Below are positions 1-9,288 of a stretch of 64,000 nt of DNA, one piece after another. The stretch comes from a virus (taxonomy: Duplodnaviria > Caudoviricetes). Each line of letters opens with the position of its first letter. Position 1 is the stretch's first letter. The DNA lies in IMG/VR virus record IMGVR_UViG_3300048691_000224; one strand, 5' to 3'. Made by a program: the position numbers and the translations under genes. The notes beneath the pieces were generated by a model that worked only from the letters and a program-made list of their open reading frames with translations, ran no database searches and was not told the DNA's origin.

Positions 1-73
1 GGACCCGCAGTAACCGTGCCCCAAGCTGGAATGACGTGAGAGAAAACGGCAATTGGACATTGGCATTTAGAGA

Positions 74-439
74 TTGGATAAAATCATGACTACTACTATT
101 GAACACGCTGAAATTCTTGAGCGCACAATCAAATATAAGTACAACGAAGCAGACGAATTTTGTACCCAATCGCTTCACATCAAACCGACTGAAATTCAAT
201 GCCGAGAAGCCGCCCAGCGCCTGAGAGAGCTCGAGAAGGATGCAGTGCGGTATCGGTGGCTTTGCGATAAAGGTCACAGCTATCACGGCGCTGTGGCAGG
301 CACCGGCTCAATGTCTATTTGCCGTGGGCCTTACATCCTGCTTGAGCTACCATCACATAACAAATTTAGCAACATGATTTTGACAAAGCAAGCCGCCGAT
401 GTGATTATCGACAAAGCTATATCAGAGGAAGCGCAGTGA
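74..439 (+). CDS. hypothetical phage protein
   Basis: 121-aa ORF with a DAVRYRWL motif typical of small phage early proteins; stop overlaps the next start (GTGA). Confidence 0.6.
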   Translation: MDKIMTTTIEHAEILERTIKYKYNEADEFCTQSLHIKPTEIQCREAAQRLRELEKDAVRYRWLCDKGHSYHGAVAGTGSMSICRGPYILLELPSHNKFSNMILTKQAADVIIDKAISEEAQ

Positions 440-648
440 GTATTGCAAAAATACTGCAAGGTATTGACCACGATGAAATAAGTCACACAGACGGCTGGTG
501 GGAAACTTCAGCGGGTACTGAATTTGGGCGAGTAAAGCTAATCGAGGCACTGGCGTACGAGGTTGGATTGCTTACACGAATTGCTGAACTAGAGACGCGT
601 CTAGTAGAAACAATCATCATTCAACATTTAGGTACCAACAAGATATAG
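436..648 (+). CDS. hypothetical protein
   Basis: 70-aa ORF translationally coupled to the upstream ORF. Confidence 0.55.
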   Translation: MSIAKILQGIDHDEISHTDGWWETSAGTEFGRVKLIEALAYEVGLLTRIAELETRLVETIIIQHLGTNKI

Positions 649-674
649 TTCCTAGCTGAAGTGCGTATTTGTTG

Positions 675-713
675 TTGTCTTTACTCAAATATAGGGTATA
701 ATTAACCCTAAGA
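675..713 (+). promoter_or_regulatory. sigma70-type early promoter with ACCCTAAGA downstream element
   Basis: TTGTCT-16-TATAAT (675-702), then ACCCTAAGA (705-713). Confidence 0.7.
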
Positions 714-742
714 ACAACTACACGCACGCGACAACAAGAAAC

Positions 743-922
743 ATGAAACTCAAAATAGTTCAACTCAGCGCAATTATACTCAGCACTATTGTCGTCATAT
801 CAGGATATACAAGTACAGTACAACGGCAGACCATCACCATCAGTGATTCAGTTGCAATTGCGCTGATTGGTGGACTACCTGCTGCATATGTTGTTGAGCA
901 GACAACCTGCCCCACCCAATAA
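743..922 (+). CDS. small exported/membrane protein (59 aa, not in ORF track)
   Basis: Translated by hand: MKLKIVQLSAIILSTIVVISG...TTCPTQ*; sits directly after the promoter. Confidence 0.55.
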   Translation: MKLKIVQLSAIILSTIVVISGYTSTVQRQTITISDSVAIALIGGLPAAYVVEQTTCPTQ

Positions 923-926
923 CTTT

Positions 927-1181
927 ATGGCATTTGGTTATACATCAAGTGATGCTGAATCAGAACACGCACTGATTGTTGCAGAAAATGCGCTACAGGC
1001 AGTACGCCTGGAGTTGTACAATCACCATACCCACGCAGTGAACTGTCGTGAGTGCGGTGAGGAAATCCCACCAGCACGCCGCAAAGCTGCTCCAGGGTGT
1101 TATCAGTGCGTATCTTGCCGCTCGCTGTTTGAATTATCGAAAACCCGTCACACAGTGAAAATGTTAGATCGAATTTTGTAA
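927..1181 (+). CDS. TraR/DksA-family C4 zinc-finger protein
   Basis: CRECGEEIPPARRKAAPGCYQCVSC motif with acidic N-terminal helix; start moved to ATG 927. Confidence 0.85.
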   Translation: MAFGYTSSDAESEHALIVAENALQAVRLELYNHHTHAVNCRECGEEIPPARRKAAPGCYQCVSCRSLFELSKTRHTVKMLDRIL

Positions 1182-1191
1182 CAACCAACCG

Positions 1192-1231
1192 TTGACTTTA
1201 TCGCAGAATTGCTTTATAATATACCCTAAGA
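1192..1231 (+). promoter_or_regulatory. sigma70 early promoter with ACCCTAAGA element
   Basis: TTGACT-17-TATAAT (1192-1220), then ACCCTAAGA (1223-1231). Confidence 0.85.
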
Positions 1232-1256
1232 GTAAAAATAACTAGGAAAGCTCAAG

Positions 1257-1733
1257 ATGATGAAAATTGTGAATATTATTGACGGTAACCCACAAATTGC
1301 GGAAGTGCCTGATGACTACATCCGTTGCTCCATTTCCGGTGAGTTCCGCCCCCGCAGTGAGTTTTGTGACGAGAATGGTGTCCAGACTCGCACTAACTGC
1401 ACCAGTACATACCTAGCAAAGCACGCAGATAATGTGGTTCTATCTGCACGCACTGCGGATATTATGCGTGAGATGCCGTTCAAATCATTGGCCAGCCAAT
1501 TGAGTCGAGCACGCTCGCTGGAAGCAATGTCTGTGCCTATTGCGGATATGATTGCTACCCTACTAGACCTACAATCAAAAAATCCAAATACGCGCCTAGT
1601 AATGACTCAGAATGGCTACTACGCTGATGGAGACTTGGCAGACATCTACACCGTTCCGGAATTGCTCGCCAAAGTGCCAGCTTGTGGTGAGGTAGATTAC
1701 TACTCACTAGGTAGCTCATCACAAAATTATTAA
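1257..1733 (+). CDS. hypothetical protein
   Basis: 158-aa ORF after a promoter, with AGGA RBS. Confidence 0.65.
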   Translation: MMKIVNIIDGNPQIAEVPDDYIRCSISGEFRPRSEFCDENGVQTRTNCTSTYLAKHADNVVLSARTADIMREMPFKSLASQLSRARSLEAMSVPIADMIATLLDLQSKNPNTRLVMTQNGYYADGDLADIYTVPELLAKVPACGEVDYYSLGSSSQNY

Positions 1734-1786
1734 TGAACAGGATTGTTTTGTGGTAAGAGTAGAACAACTTCACACAGGGTTTACAA

Positions 1787-2032
1787 ATGGTCGATTATCT
1801 ATATTTTTGGTTGATGAAATCAGCCGCTGAGTTTTTGATTGGTGTCGGCATCTTCACTCTGATCGTACTAGTATACCTACTGGCTCAAGTACCAACGTAT
1901 TTGAGCCAGCGACGATGTGCCCACAAAACTGTACATGAAGATATGAGTTGCAACGCATGGTGTAGATCGTGCGGTAAGAATTTAGGCTTCATCGGGACAT
2001 ACAGAGCAAAGCAGCATGCTGACAAAAAGTAA
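1787..2032 (+). CDS. hypothetical membrane protein with C-terminal Cys motif
   Basis: Hydrophobic N-terminus; C-x-H...WCRSCGK. Confidence 0.55.
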   Translation: MVDYLYFWLMKSAAEFLIGVGIFTLIVLVYLLAQVPTYLSQRRCAHKTVHEDMSCNAWCRSCGKNLGFIGTYRAKQHADKK

Positions 2033-2453
2033 ATTTCACCCAGACAGTACCGTACCCAAATCGGGGATATTTGTATTTGGATCGAATCTCTCTGGCGTCC
2101 ACGGCGCTGGTGCTGCAAAAGCCGCACACAAGTACTTTGGTGCGGAGTGGGGGAATCCTCACGGTAGGCAGGGGAATAGTTACGCTATTCCCACAAAAAA
2201 TGCATCTATTTCTGCAACACTTCCATTGCCTGCCATCAGAGATTTTGTTATCGAATTTGCGCAATACGCTCTTTCCCACCCTGAGCTGGAGTTCTTCATC
2301 ACACGAGTAGCCTGTGGCTTAGCTGGGTGTAAAGATTCCCAAATCGCCCCGATGTTTAGAGATGCTGGCTGTTGTGAGTTGCAGAATTGTAGCTTCCCGA
2401 GTCCCTGGCAGCAATACTTAGTTGATGATACTCAGTCTCCAATTACACTATGA
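2016..2453 (+). CDS. conserved phage protein (IFVFGSN / A1S_2505-like family)
   Basis: IFVFGSNLSGVHGAGAAKAA, SYAIPTK and FFITRVACGLAG motifs. Confidence 0.75.
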   Translation: MLTKSKFHPDSTVPKSGIFVFGSNLSGVHGAGAAKAAHKYFGAEWGNPHGRQGNSYAIPTKNASISATLPLPAIRDFVIEFAQYALSHPELEFFITRVACGLAGCKDSQIAPMFRDAGCCELQNCSFPSPWQQYLVDDTQSPITL

Positions 2454-2998
2454 CTATGCTAACCGAACTAACCCCCAACCACATCACTGCGCTATTACGT
2501 GCTCTCCCTCAGATCAATAAAATAATTTCTGAAATTGATGCTGATCTCCAATGGCGTGATGGTGTCAACCGAGGCAGAGAGATTATAGCTGGGCTAGCAA
2601 CTGCTACCAACCAAATTCACGTGAGTCCACCACCCGCAATTGGTGAAATGTGGCGAGGCGGCATTTACGCAGGTATTAGTGTTGGTACGAAAAATCAGCC
2701 AGATAGTCACATCGTCTTGTTGACCACCACACCAGAAGATAAACTCGATTAGCAGACTAGCGTCGATTGGGCAAAAAGCTTAGGCAACGGTGCGCACGTT
2801 CCTACCCTCAGCGAATCAGCCCTGCTACATGCTAATCTACCGAATGAATTTGATGTAGATAACTGGTATTGGACTAGCACAGTATGCGAAACCAAAGCAG
2901 CTTGGATCAAGTACTTTAACGAAGATAGTCACTGTTGCACTACCTGGAAGTCTGTAGATAATTTATGCCGGGCTGTCCGCAGGCATCCAGTCTACTAA
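2450..2998 (+). pseudogene. DUF1566/Lcl-like protein interrupted by an in-frame TAG
   Basis: After TAG 2750-2752 the same frame continues for 81 codons (QTSVDWAKSLG...PTLSE...WYWTST...RAVRRHPVY*), completing the domain begun at PAIGEMWRGGIYAG. Confidence 0.7.
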
Positions 2999-3029
2999 TA
3001 ACACGACACAATTAAATTTAGGAATAAAA

Positions 3030-3257
3030 ATGCGAACAATAGTAAAACTCATGCTGGTAATTAGTATTTTGGTCACAGTTGGGTGTAACCAAATAGTTAC
3101 TGCAAAATCTATCACCGAAGCGGAGCGCTTGTGTAAAGAGTTTGGTGGGGTATACTACATACTAACTGATCCAATGTCGACGACTCGCACCAAACAATTC
3201 CATCAAGTGACTTGTATCAACGATGATTACCAATTTACATTTTCAGTCCGCCGGTAA
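3030..3257 (+). CDS. small lipoprotein-like protein
   Basis: Hydrophobic leader ending LVTVGC; AGGA RBS. Confidence 0.6.
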   Translation: MRTIVKLMLVISILVTVGCNQIVTAKSITEAERLCKEFGGVYYILTDPMSTTRTKQFHQVTCINDDYQFTFSVRR

Positions 3258-3327
3258 TCAAACATGAAACACGATCTAGAATACATTGGACTTTCCGTTC
3301 TGTAAGCTAGAGGCTCTCAATCTAGGA

Positions 3328-3333
3328 TAAATA
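3328..3333 (+). promoter_or_regulatory. T4-like late promoter core TAAATA
   Basis: TAAATA 24 nt upstream of ORF 3358. Confidence 0.55.
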
Positions 3334-3357
3334 TACGTTAGTTTAACAAGATGGAAA

Positions 3358-4056
3358 ATGAAATTACGTTACGTAATGGAGATGGTGAAAGCTTCACCAA
3401 GCTACGAGCACCTAGGTATGTTCCTAGGCAAATTCGAAGACCAGTTGCGTAAGGGGACGGACCACGTAGGTGACATCGAAGGTGTCAAAATCTACAAGGG
3501 CCTAGACCAAGGGGATGTAAATTACATTGCGTCCCATGATGGTGTGACTGTACTTGGATTCTTTATTATTACTGGTAGAAATATATTGACTACTGTATAT
3601 GTCGTACCGGAAGCTCGCATGCAGAGTTTACTTGCGATGTTCATCATGTTCCTATTCAGGGCTGAACGGATGAGTGAAATACAGATTGGTGACGATCAAA
3701 GTTTTGCAATAATCTCAGCATTGCAGCGACTAGGAACTCGATTCGCGTGCACCTGGGTTGATAAGAACACTGGTGGGAGAGTACCTTACGACCCAAAAAC
3801 AGCAATTCAATTTTATGCTATTGACGGTAAATCATCAAAATGGACCCTTGTTCTTGCTGAGCACCCACTGAGTGAAGGCAGCAGCACATTAGTATCGAGG
3901 TATTGGCACCCTGGGCGGCTGGGCACTTGGTACCACTCGGAGTTAGCTGAGGGATTCAATGACCCTCTCGAATATCAAGGTCAAGTGCTGTTCGGGTATC
4001 AATTTTTCAATCCCAACCACGAAGAATTTACAAGACCACAACAATATATCCGTTGA
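3358..4056 (+). CDS. hypothetical late protein, possible internal head protein
   Basis: 232-aa ORF behind TAAATA; L-x-E motifs (PLSEG, ELAEG). Confidence 0.6.
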   Translation: MKLRYVMEMVKASPSYEHLGMFLGKFEDQLRKGTDHVGDIEGVKIYKGLDQGDVNYIASHDGVTVLGFFIITGRNILTTVYVVPEARMQSLLAMFIMFLFRAERMSEIQIGDDQSFAIISALQRLGTRFACTWVDKNTGGRVPYDPKTAIQFYAIDGKSSKWTLVLAEHPLSEGSSTLVSRYWHPGRLGTWYHSELAEGFNDPLEYQGQVLFGYQFFNPNHEEFTRPQQYIR

Positions 4057-4311
4057 CTTTAGGTTGAACTGGCATGGTTCTAACCAAGAGACAATCATAT
4101 GCTATTTTCACCATCACTGTCGATGGAACACCAATTTTCTTTTCCTGATGAGATCACCTATAAACCAATATGACAACATTCTATTATAACAAAACAGGTG
4201 GGTTGATTAGTATCACTTGGCCACGTGGTACAGTGAAAACATTCTCTCCCCCCTGTGTATCAAGATAATAATTTCATATCAACTATTACTCACTACGACT
4301 CACTACGCAAA

Positions 4312-5160
4312 ATGATTCACGATCTACAATACATTAAACTAATTGAAACCATCTTGAGAGATGGTGAAACAAAAACAGACCGTACAGGCACAGGTACCCG
4401 CTCGATTTTTGGCTATCAAATGGTGTTCGACCTACGAGAAGGATTCCCAATCTTGACAATCAAAGAGACTCGATACAAGACAGCGTTCTTAGAGATGCTC
4501 TGGTTCCTTTCTGGGAACCACAATATTTCGTGGCTTAATGAACGAGGATCTAAATTGTGGGATCCATGGGCGGGCCCAGATGGTTCCATTGTTGGATACG
4601 GACAGATGTGGAGAGAGTGGCCACAGTATTCGCTACACTCTATCCGCCCTGATGCTGCGGTATTTGAATCCTCAAGTGTAGTGGATCAGGTGCGGGTTGT
4701 GATTGATTCTATCAAAACAAACCCCGATTCACGCCGCCATATTGTAGAAGGTTGGGACCCATCTCGTTTGGGTGACTATTCACTGCCACCATGTCATAAA
4801 ATGCACCAGTTGTATTGCACCAACGATAATCAGTTGGACCTCCAGGTATACGTCAGATCAAATGATATTGGATTGGGTGCCCCATTCAACATCGCTCAAT
4901 ATGCACTATTGCTGAGCTTATACGCCCAGTGTACTGGTAGGACACCACGCAAGTTAATTTACACCATTGGTGATGCGCACATATACGAAAATCACATTCC
5001 TCAATTGAGTGCTTGGCTACAAACATATAAACCTGTAGAATGTACTCCACGTCTGGTTATTTCTAATCCTACTACTGATATCGATTCATTTCAAATGAGC
5101 GACTTCACGATTACTGGATACGAGTGTAACCCTTTCCTAAAACTTCCAATTGCGGTATAA
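4312..5160 (+). CDS. thyA: thymidylate synthase (ThyA type)
   Basis: DRTGTGT, LPPCH catalytic motif, RSNDIGLGAPFNIAQY, GDAHIYENH; ATG 4312 preferred to GTG 4255. Confidence 0.97.
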   Translation: MIHDLQYIKLIETILRDGETKTDRTGTGTRSIFGYQMVFDLREGFPILTIKETRYKTAFLEMLWFLSGNHNISWLNERGSKLWDPWAGPDGSIVGYGQMWREWPQYSLHSIRPDAAVFESSSVVDQVRVVIDSIKTNPDSRRHIVEGWDPSRLGDYSLPPCHKMHQLYCTNDNQLDLQVYVRSNDIGLGAPFNIAQYALLLSLYAQCTGRTPRKLIYTIGDAHIYENHIPQLSAWLQTYKPVECTPRLVISNPTTDIDSFQMSDFTITGYECNPFLKLPIAV

Positions 5161-5165
5161 CCCAT

Positions 5166-5288
5166 ATGAACTACATCAAAAAATTAGCTAACCAACTCTA
5201 CTTCTGGTACCAAACAGAACCGACAGCACCATCCACAATAGGCATGGTTGCCATGGTGATCGTGATGGCCGTATTAATCCTAGCTTAA
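5166..5288 (+). CDS. small membrane peptide (40 aa, not in ORF track)
   Basis: MNYIKKLANQLYFWYQTEPTAPSTIGMVAMVIVMAVLILA*; fills the gap between thyA and smpB exactly. Confidence 0.55.
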   Translation: MNYIKKLANQLYFWYQTEPTAPSTIGMVAMVIVMAVLILA

Positions 5289-5292
5289 AGAT

Positions 5293-5733
5293 ATGATAAA
5301 AGCGCCCCTTGATTGGAAGTATAGTGTAATTGAACGCCAACAGGTGGGTCTGGTGCTGACTGGTGAACAGGTTAAACAGTTTGCAGCGAACAAAGTGTCG
5401 ATAGTCGGCGCCCGAGTGGTATTTCAATCAAGTGGTTCAGGGGCGGTCACGGGGTTCTCATTCCATGGAGTGGAGACTCAAGAATCAATCAAGATCCTCG
5501 CCCACAAAAAACAACTTGTGTCGTGGCAATCGAAAGGCGTTAAAAACGGCATGACGTGGATGGTAGCGGAAGTTGAGCAAATCAACGGCAAATTCAAAGC
5601 AATCATCGCATTATGTAGGGGCAAAAAACTTCAAGATGTTCGTGCTGATAGTAAGGCCAAAACCGTCGATAAGATGATTGCCAACACTATGAAGACCAAA
5701 GTAAAATCACCAAGCTCTTACAGCACTAAATAG
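5293..5733 (+). CDS. smpB: divergent SsrA-binding protein (SmpB-like)
   Basis: Colinear with SmpB: KY...VGLVLTGEQVK (cf. EY...AGLALQGWEVK), KILAHKKQL (cf. KLLLNQREL), KAIIALCRGKKLQDVR (cf. KVKIGVAKGKKQHDKR). Confidence 0.85.
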   Translation: MIKAPLDWKYSVIERQQVGLVLTGEQVKQFAANKVSIVGARVVFQSSGSGAVTGFSFHGVETQESIKILAHKKQLVSWQSKGVKNGMTWMVAEVEQINGKFKAIIALCRGKKLQDVRADSKAKTVDKMIANTMKTKVKSPSSYSTK

Positions 5734-5760
5734 TGCTCTTCTAAGTTATTCCTATATAAA

Positions 5761-6414
5761 ATGTCCCACACAACTACTGGATTAGGTCCAGCAATCATCT
5801 ATGTCCACGGCGCTTTCGCCTCACGTCAGTCCATGCCGCTCAATTACTACAAAGTAAATTTGAAGCACTACGACGGGTTTGATTTCACCTACGATTGGAA
5901 CACACCAACTGATCAAGTTGGTGTCGCCCTGTCTGAATTTATCAACACGCAGATTCCTAACGCAGAGGTATTCATCATTGGACACTCTCTTGGTGGCAAT
6001 GTAGCACTACACTCTGCATTGCACATTGCACAACATGACATACGAAACAGTGCAGGGCATAGAAAAATTAAGCACATATTTACTGTCGGCAGTCCGCTAG
6101 GCGGAAGTAAAGCAGCACTGCTATTGAAGTATGGTTATAACGCCCCAGAGGTATTTTCTCACATCACACCCAACAATCCCAATATCACAGCCCTGCGGCG
6201 GTGGAGTGGGGTACCAGTGACAAGCTTTGTCACTACAAAAGGGGTCCATTCAAAATGGATGCAGCAGAATGATGGTGTAGTAACGGTAGCTTCTCAAAAA
6301 GCAGTTGGTTACCCAACCTATATTGAGGTTGATTGCGGCCACATGGAAGTGTTATTATCCGATGCTGTAGTGAATACCATATCATCAACAATCCAAGGCT
6401 ACAATGAAACTTGA
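5761..6414 (+). CDS. alpha/beta-hydrolase (lipase/esterase-like)
   Basis: VHGA oxyanion strand, GHSLGG nucleophile, NDGVV, GHMEVL. Confidence 0.85.
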   Translation: MSHTTTGLGPAIIYVHGAFASRQSMPLNYYKVNLKHYDGFDFTYDWNTPTDQVGVALSEFINTQIPNAEVFIIGHSLGGNVALHSALHIAQHDIRNSAGHRKIKHIFTVGSPLGGSKAALLLKYGYNAPEVFSHITPNNPNITALRRWSGVPVTSFVTTKGVHSKWMQQNDGVVTVASQKAVGYPTYIEVDCGHMEVLLSDAVVNTISSTIQGYNET

Positions 6415-7123
6415 TCCAAATTCAGTCGACTCGATCCGCACAATTGCTGGATTCACCAAAGTATTCGACATTGAAACACTATTACTGTCTACGGACCACA
6501 CGGTTGCTGTCGATGCGGCTCCTACGCTTGTGATATTCTTCGATCTCAAAACTACGTATACTGGCCCATCACTCGGCCTCGTTCGCTTGAAGGTGTTGGA
6601 ACAAAGGTTGTCCCAACCAGCATCATCAGTTGAGATCATTGAAAACTCTCAGGGTAAACCAACGTCCATCAAGTTGAAGAGCGGCCGCAGCGCCCTTGAT
6701 TTCAAGTTAGCTAATGAGAAGCTGACAACACGGCTGCCGAAAGCCTTTGCGGGCAAGTTTGCTCACACACTTGCTGTGAGTAATCATGACCTCGTTGAAC
6801 TAGTGAAGGGTGCACGGTTAATCGACTCGAAGGTAATGATGTTCAAAAGCACCGGTGGTGAGATTGAGGTATCTGGATCTAGCGAATCAGAATCATTTAC
6901 GATTACACTGGATCCGACCGTCACAAAACCATCTACAGACTTCGTGTATACATATTCAACTGCTCACTTAGCTGGGTTGTCAAAATTACAACAATCGCTA
7001 CCGGGATTTACTCTCACTGACGTGTTCATGGTACAGTTGACTGCTAATGGTCAGTTGGCAACAACAGTAAAAACAGATAACATAGCAGCGCAAATATTTT
7101 TAATGGATATAAAAAACAGATGA
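6404..7123 (+). CDS. putative DNA sliding clamp (T4 gp45-like)
   Basis: 239 aa; MKL-start and alternating strand/helix pattern like gp45; next to RNase H; clamp loaders present in the window. Confidence 0.6.
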   Translation: MKLDPNSVDSIRTIAGFTKVFDIETLLLSTDHTVAVDAAPTLVIFFDLKTTYTGPSLGLVRLKVLEQRLSQPASSVEIIENSQGKPTSIKLKSGRSALDFKLANEKLTTRLPKAFAGKFAHTLAVSNHDLVELVKGARLIDSKVMMFKSTGGEIEVSGSSESESFTITLDPTVTKPSTDFVYTYSTAHLAGLSKLQQSLPGFTLTDVFMVQLTANGQLATTVKTDNIAAQIFLMDIKNR

Positions 7124-7560
7124 TTTCAAGTATTACTAAATGGTTCGGAACTGCAAAAGTTGTCGAAATGCAAGGTGGGTTGTTGAAGAAGCAACAAGAG
7201 TTGCTATCTGCACAATCCATGGAGATTCATAATCTTAGAGCAGAATTTACCGCTTTGAAACACAGTGTGCCAGAGCTAATTTCTCTTAGCATTAGTGAAA
7301 CTAATGCTGTAGTCGAAACAGAGAAAGCCACCACTCGTGACAGTGCCAAGAATGGGTCAAAGCCTTGGGTGGAAATTATATCTGATGATTATGATACAGA
7401 GAAGGGGCTGGGGCTGCAGTTGGATTGGAACGATGCATTCGTCAAGGAACTGAGATCGAAGGGATTTTCAGGTGCTACTGATTATGCAATTGTGAATTCT
7501 TGGCTTGTGGCCCTCCACAAACAAATGGGAGAAGGCGCTAACGATGGTTCGGGTCTATGA
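7120..7560 (+). CDS. conserved myophage hypothetical protein
   Basis: PWVEII...LDWNDAFVKELRSKGF motif. Confidence 0.65.
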   Translation: MISSITKWFGTAKVVEMQGGLLKKQQELLSAQSMEIHNLRAEFTALKHSVPELISLSISETNAVVETEKATTRDSAKNGSKPWVEIISDDYDTEKGLGLQLDWNDAFVKELRSKGFSGATDYAIVNSWLVALHKQMGEGANDGSGL

Positions 7561-7979
7561 CTCAACCTACCACCGTGGTAGACGATGCTGACATTACCAC
7601 ACCCTTTCAGTACTTCTCTCGATATAGAACTCTCAGCGCCGAGGACCATCCTGCTTGGATGGTTGGGTTAAGGAGTGGCAATATTAATTCCATCCATGTT
7701 CACGCTCACAGTCAGAGTAGCGAAAACTCGGAACTGTATTTTCAAGTTGACTTAAATGGTGTTGATTACCCCGAGGCTCTTGAGTTGGATTCTGACCCAA
7801 TGTGTGCTCTAGGATATCTGTACATTCACTCCCCTTGGCAGCCCGTAATCGAAATGTTGACAATCGCAAATGCTCGTAACTTGAGTGAGCGAGCAACAAC
7901 TCAGATTGAGGGTCTAATAAATTATCTTCACGCCGTCGGTAAATTACACCCCAACTTCTATATTTTAAAACACACTTAA
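7557..7979 (+). CDS. hypothetical protein
   Basis: 140-aa ORF coupled by ATGA overlap. Confidence 0.6.
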   Translation: MTQPTTVVDDADITTPFQYFSRYRTLSAEDHPAWMVGLRSGNINSIHVHAHSQSSENSELYFQVDLNGVDYPEALELDSDPMCALGYLYIHSPWQPVIEMLTIANARNLSERATTQIEGLINYLHAVGKLHPNFYILKHT

Positions 7980-7983
7980 TACA

Positions 7984-9003
7984 ATGACACCCATCGAGCC
8001 TCAGGTTGATAATTTAATTTTTGATGTGTCAGGTATGATCTACCGGACATTCCATGCGTCTAAAAAAGCCCCAGTGTATCGCCGTAGAAACTTTCTCGAC
8101 GAAGGTACGCCCGAGCAAGATGTTGATGGTGGTATTGGAATTGCCATGCACGCCGCCCTTCAATCAATGAACAAATACACCAAACAGTTCAGGCCTCGAA
8201 GAGTGATTGCTTGTTTTGACCGACCGAACAACTGGCGCAAACTCTATATGAAGTCAAGTGCAGCAATATCGAAGTTACCATACAAGGGTCAACGCCGTCA
8301 GAATCAGACTCCAGCTCAAGCGAAAGAGTTTGCAGAGTTAATAGACCACATGGTTCAATTTGAGCAGATGTTGAGAGACGAAACGGGAATCATCACCCTA
8401 GCCGCCAACAAACTTGAAGCTGATGATTGTATTGCTGGCTTTGTACAGATGTTTCCAACTGAGCGCAACATCATTATGACCAACGACTCTGATATGACTC
8501 AACTTACCACAGAGTATACAACAGTGTGCAATTTCACATCAGGAAAACTTATTGAGTGTGAAGATCCGAACTATTTCCTGTTTGAGAAGGCCATGAGGGG
8601 CGATAAGTCCGACAATATCTTAAACATCTTACCTGGCATTCGCTCTACAAAGTTACAGAAAGCTTGGGAATCCCCATACGACATGGCTAATTTGATGAGT
8701 GAGGTAGTCGTGCACCTAGGTGGCCCTGCTACTTTATTGGACGATAACACTACTGACAGTTCCCCGACTACCGCACCTGTGCTCGTCGGCCAGTTGTTAG
8801 AAGAGAATATGCTGCTGATGGATCTGACAAAACAGCCAGAGGTAATTAAACAATTGATGGTTGATACGATTACTGCTGACCTTGCACGGACTAGAGCCTA
8901 TAATTTTTGGAAGATCTCAACATTCTGCACTAAGCACAAGTTAAATCGAATTGTAGAAGACCTCAAGAACTTCAGGCCACTATTTTCAGGAGGATACAAA
9001 TGA
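7984..9003 (+). CDS. rnh: 5'-3' exonuclease / T4-type RNase H (FEN family)
   Basis: IFDVSG, ACFD, PYKGQR, EADD, TNDSDMTQL, GDKSDNI. Confidence 0.92.
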   Translation: MTPIEPQVDNLIFDVSGMIYRTFHASKKAPVYRRRNFLDEGTPEQDVDGGIGIAMHAALQSMNKYTKQFRPRRVIACFDRPNNWRKLYMKSSAAISKLPYKGQRRQNQTPAQAKEFAELIDHMVQFEQMLRDETGIITLAANKLEADDCIAGFVQMFPTERNIIMTNDSDMTQLTTEYTTVCNFTSGKLIECEDPNYFLFEKAMRGDKSDNILNILPGIRSTKLQKAWESPYDMANLMSEVVVHLGGPATLLDDNTTDSSPTTAPVLVGQLLEENMLLMDLTKQPEVIKQLMVDTITADLARTRAYNFWKISTFCTKHKLNRIVEDLKNFRPLFSGGYK

Positions 9004-9251
9004 TCGATGCAAAAAAACTTCAAGTGCAACTAGATCTGTCGTGGGAAAGATGTCAGAAAGACGCAGCAAATCTAAACAATTTGTATGAACACATCGCGTT
9101 GCTGACAACTGCGCTAATGGATACAATACACGCTACCAATAGGAATGGCAGATCTTCTGTACAATTTGGTGGATCTGATAACATTTCGGCAGTCGGATCA
9201 CAACTCCCAGCGCACCAATTACCCCAAGCTCCAACAATTAAATCACTATGA
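9000..9251 (+). CDS. hypothetical protein
   Basis: 83-aa coupled ORF ending just before a terminator. Confidence 0.55.
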   Translation: MIDAKKLQVQLDLSWERCQKDAANLNNLYEHIALLTTALMDTIHATNRNGRSSVQFGGSDNISAVGSQLPAHQLPQAPTIKSL

Positions 9252-9257
9252 ACCAAG

Positions 9258-9284
9258 AAAAAAGGTCCCGGCGGGACCTTTTTT
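9258..9284. terminator. bidirectional intrinsic terminator
   Basis: AAAAAAGGTCCC-GGC-GGGACCTTTTTT between convergent genes. Confidence 0.85.
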
Positions 9285-9288
9285 CTCA

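Noticed and set aside
4057-4311. Degraded gene or thyA intron/leader between ORF 3358 and thyA
   Set aside because: Only short, frame-broken ORF pieces with no recognisable homology or intron core. It may be a remnant, but I cannot support a call.
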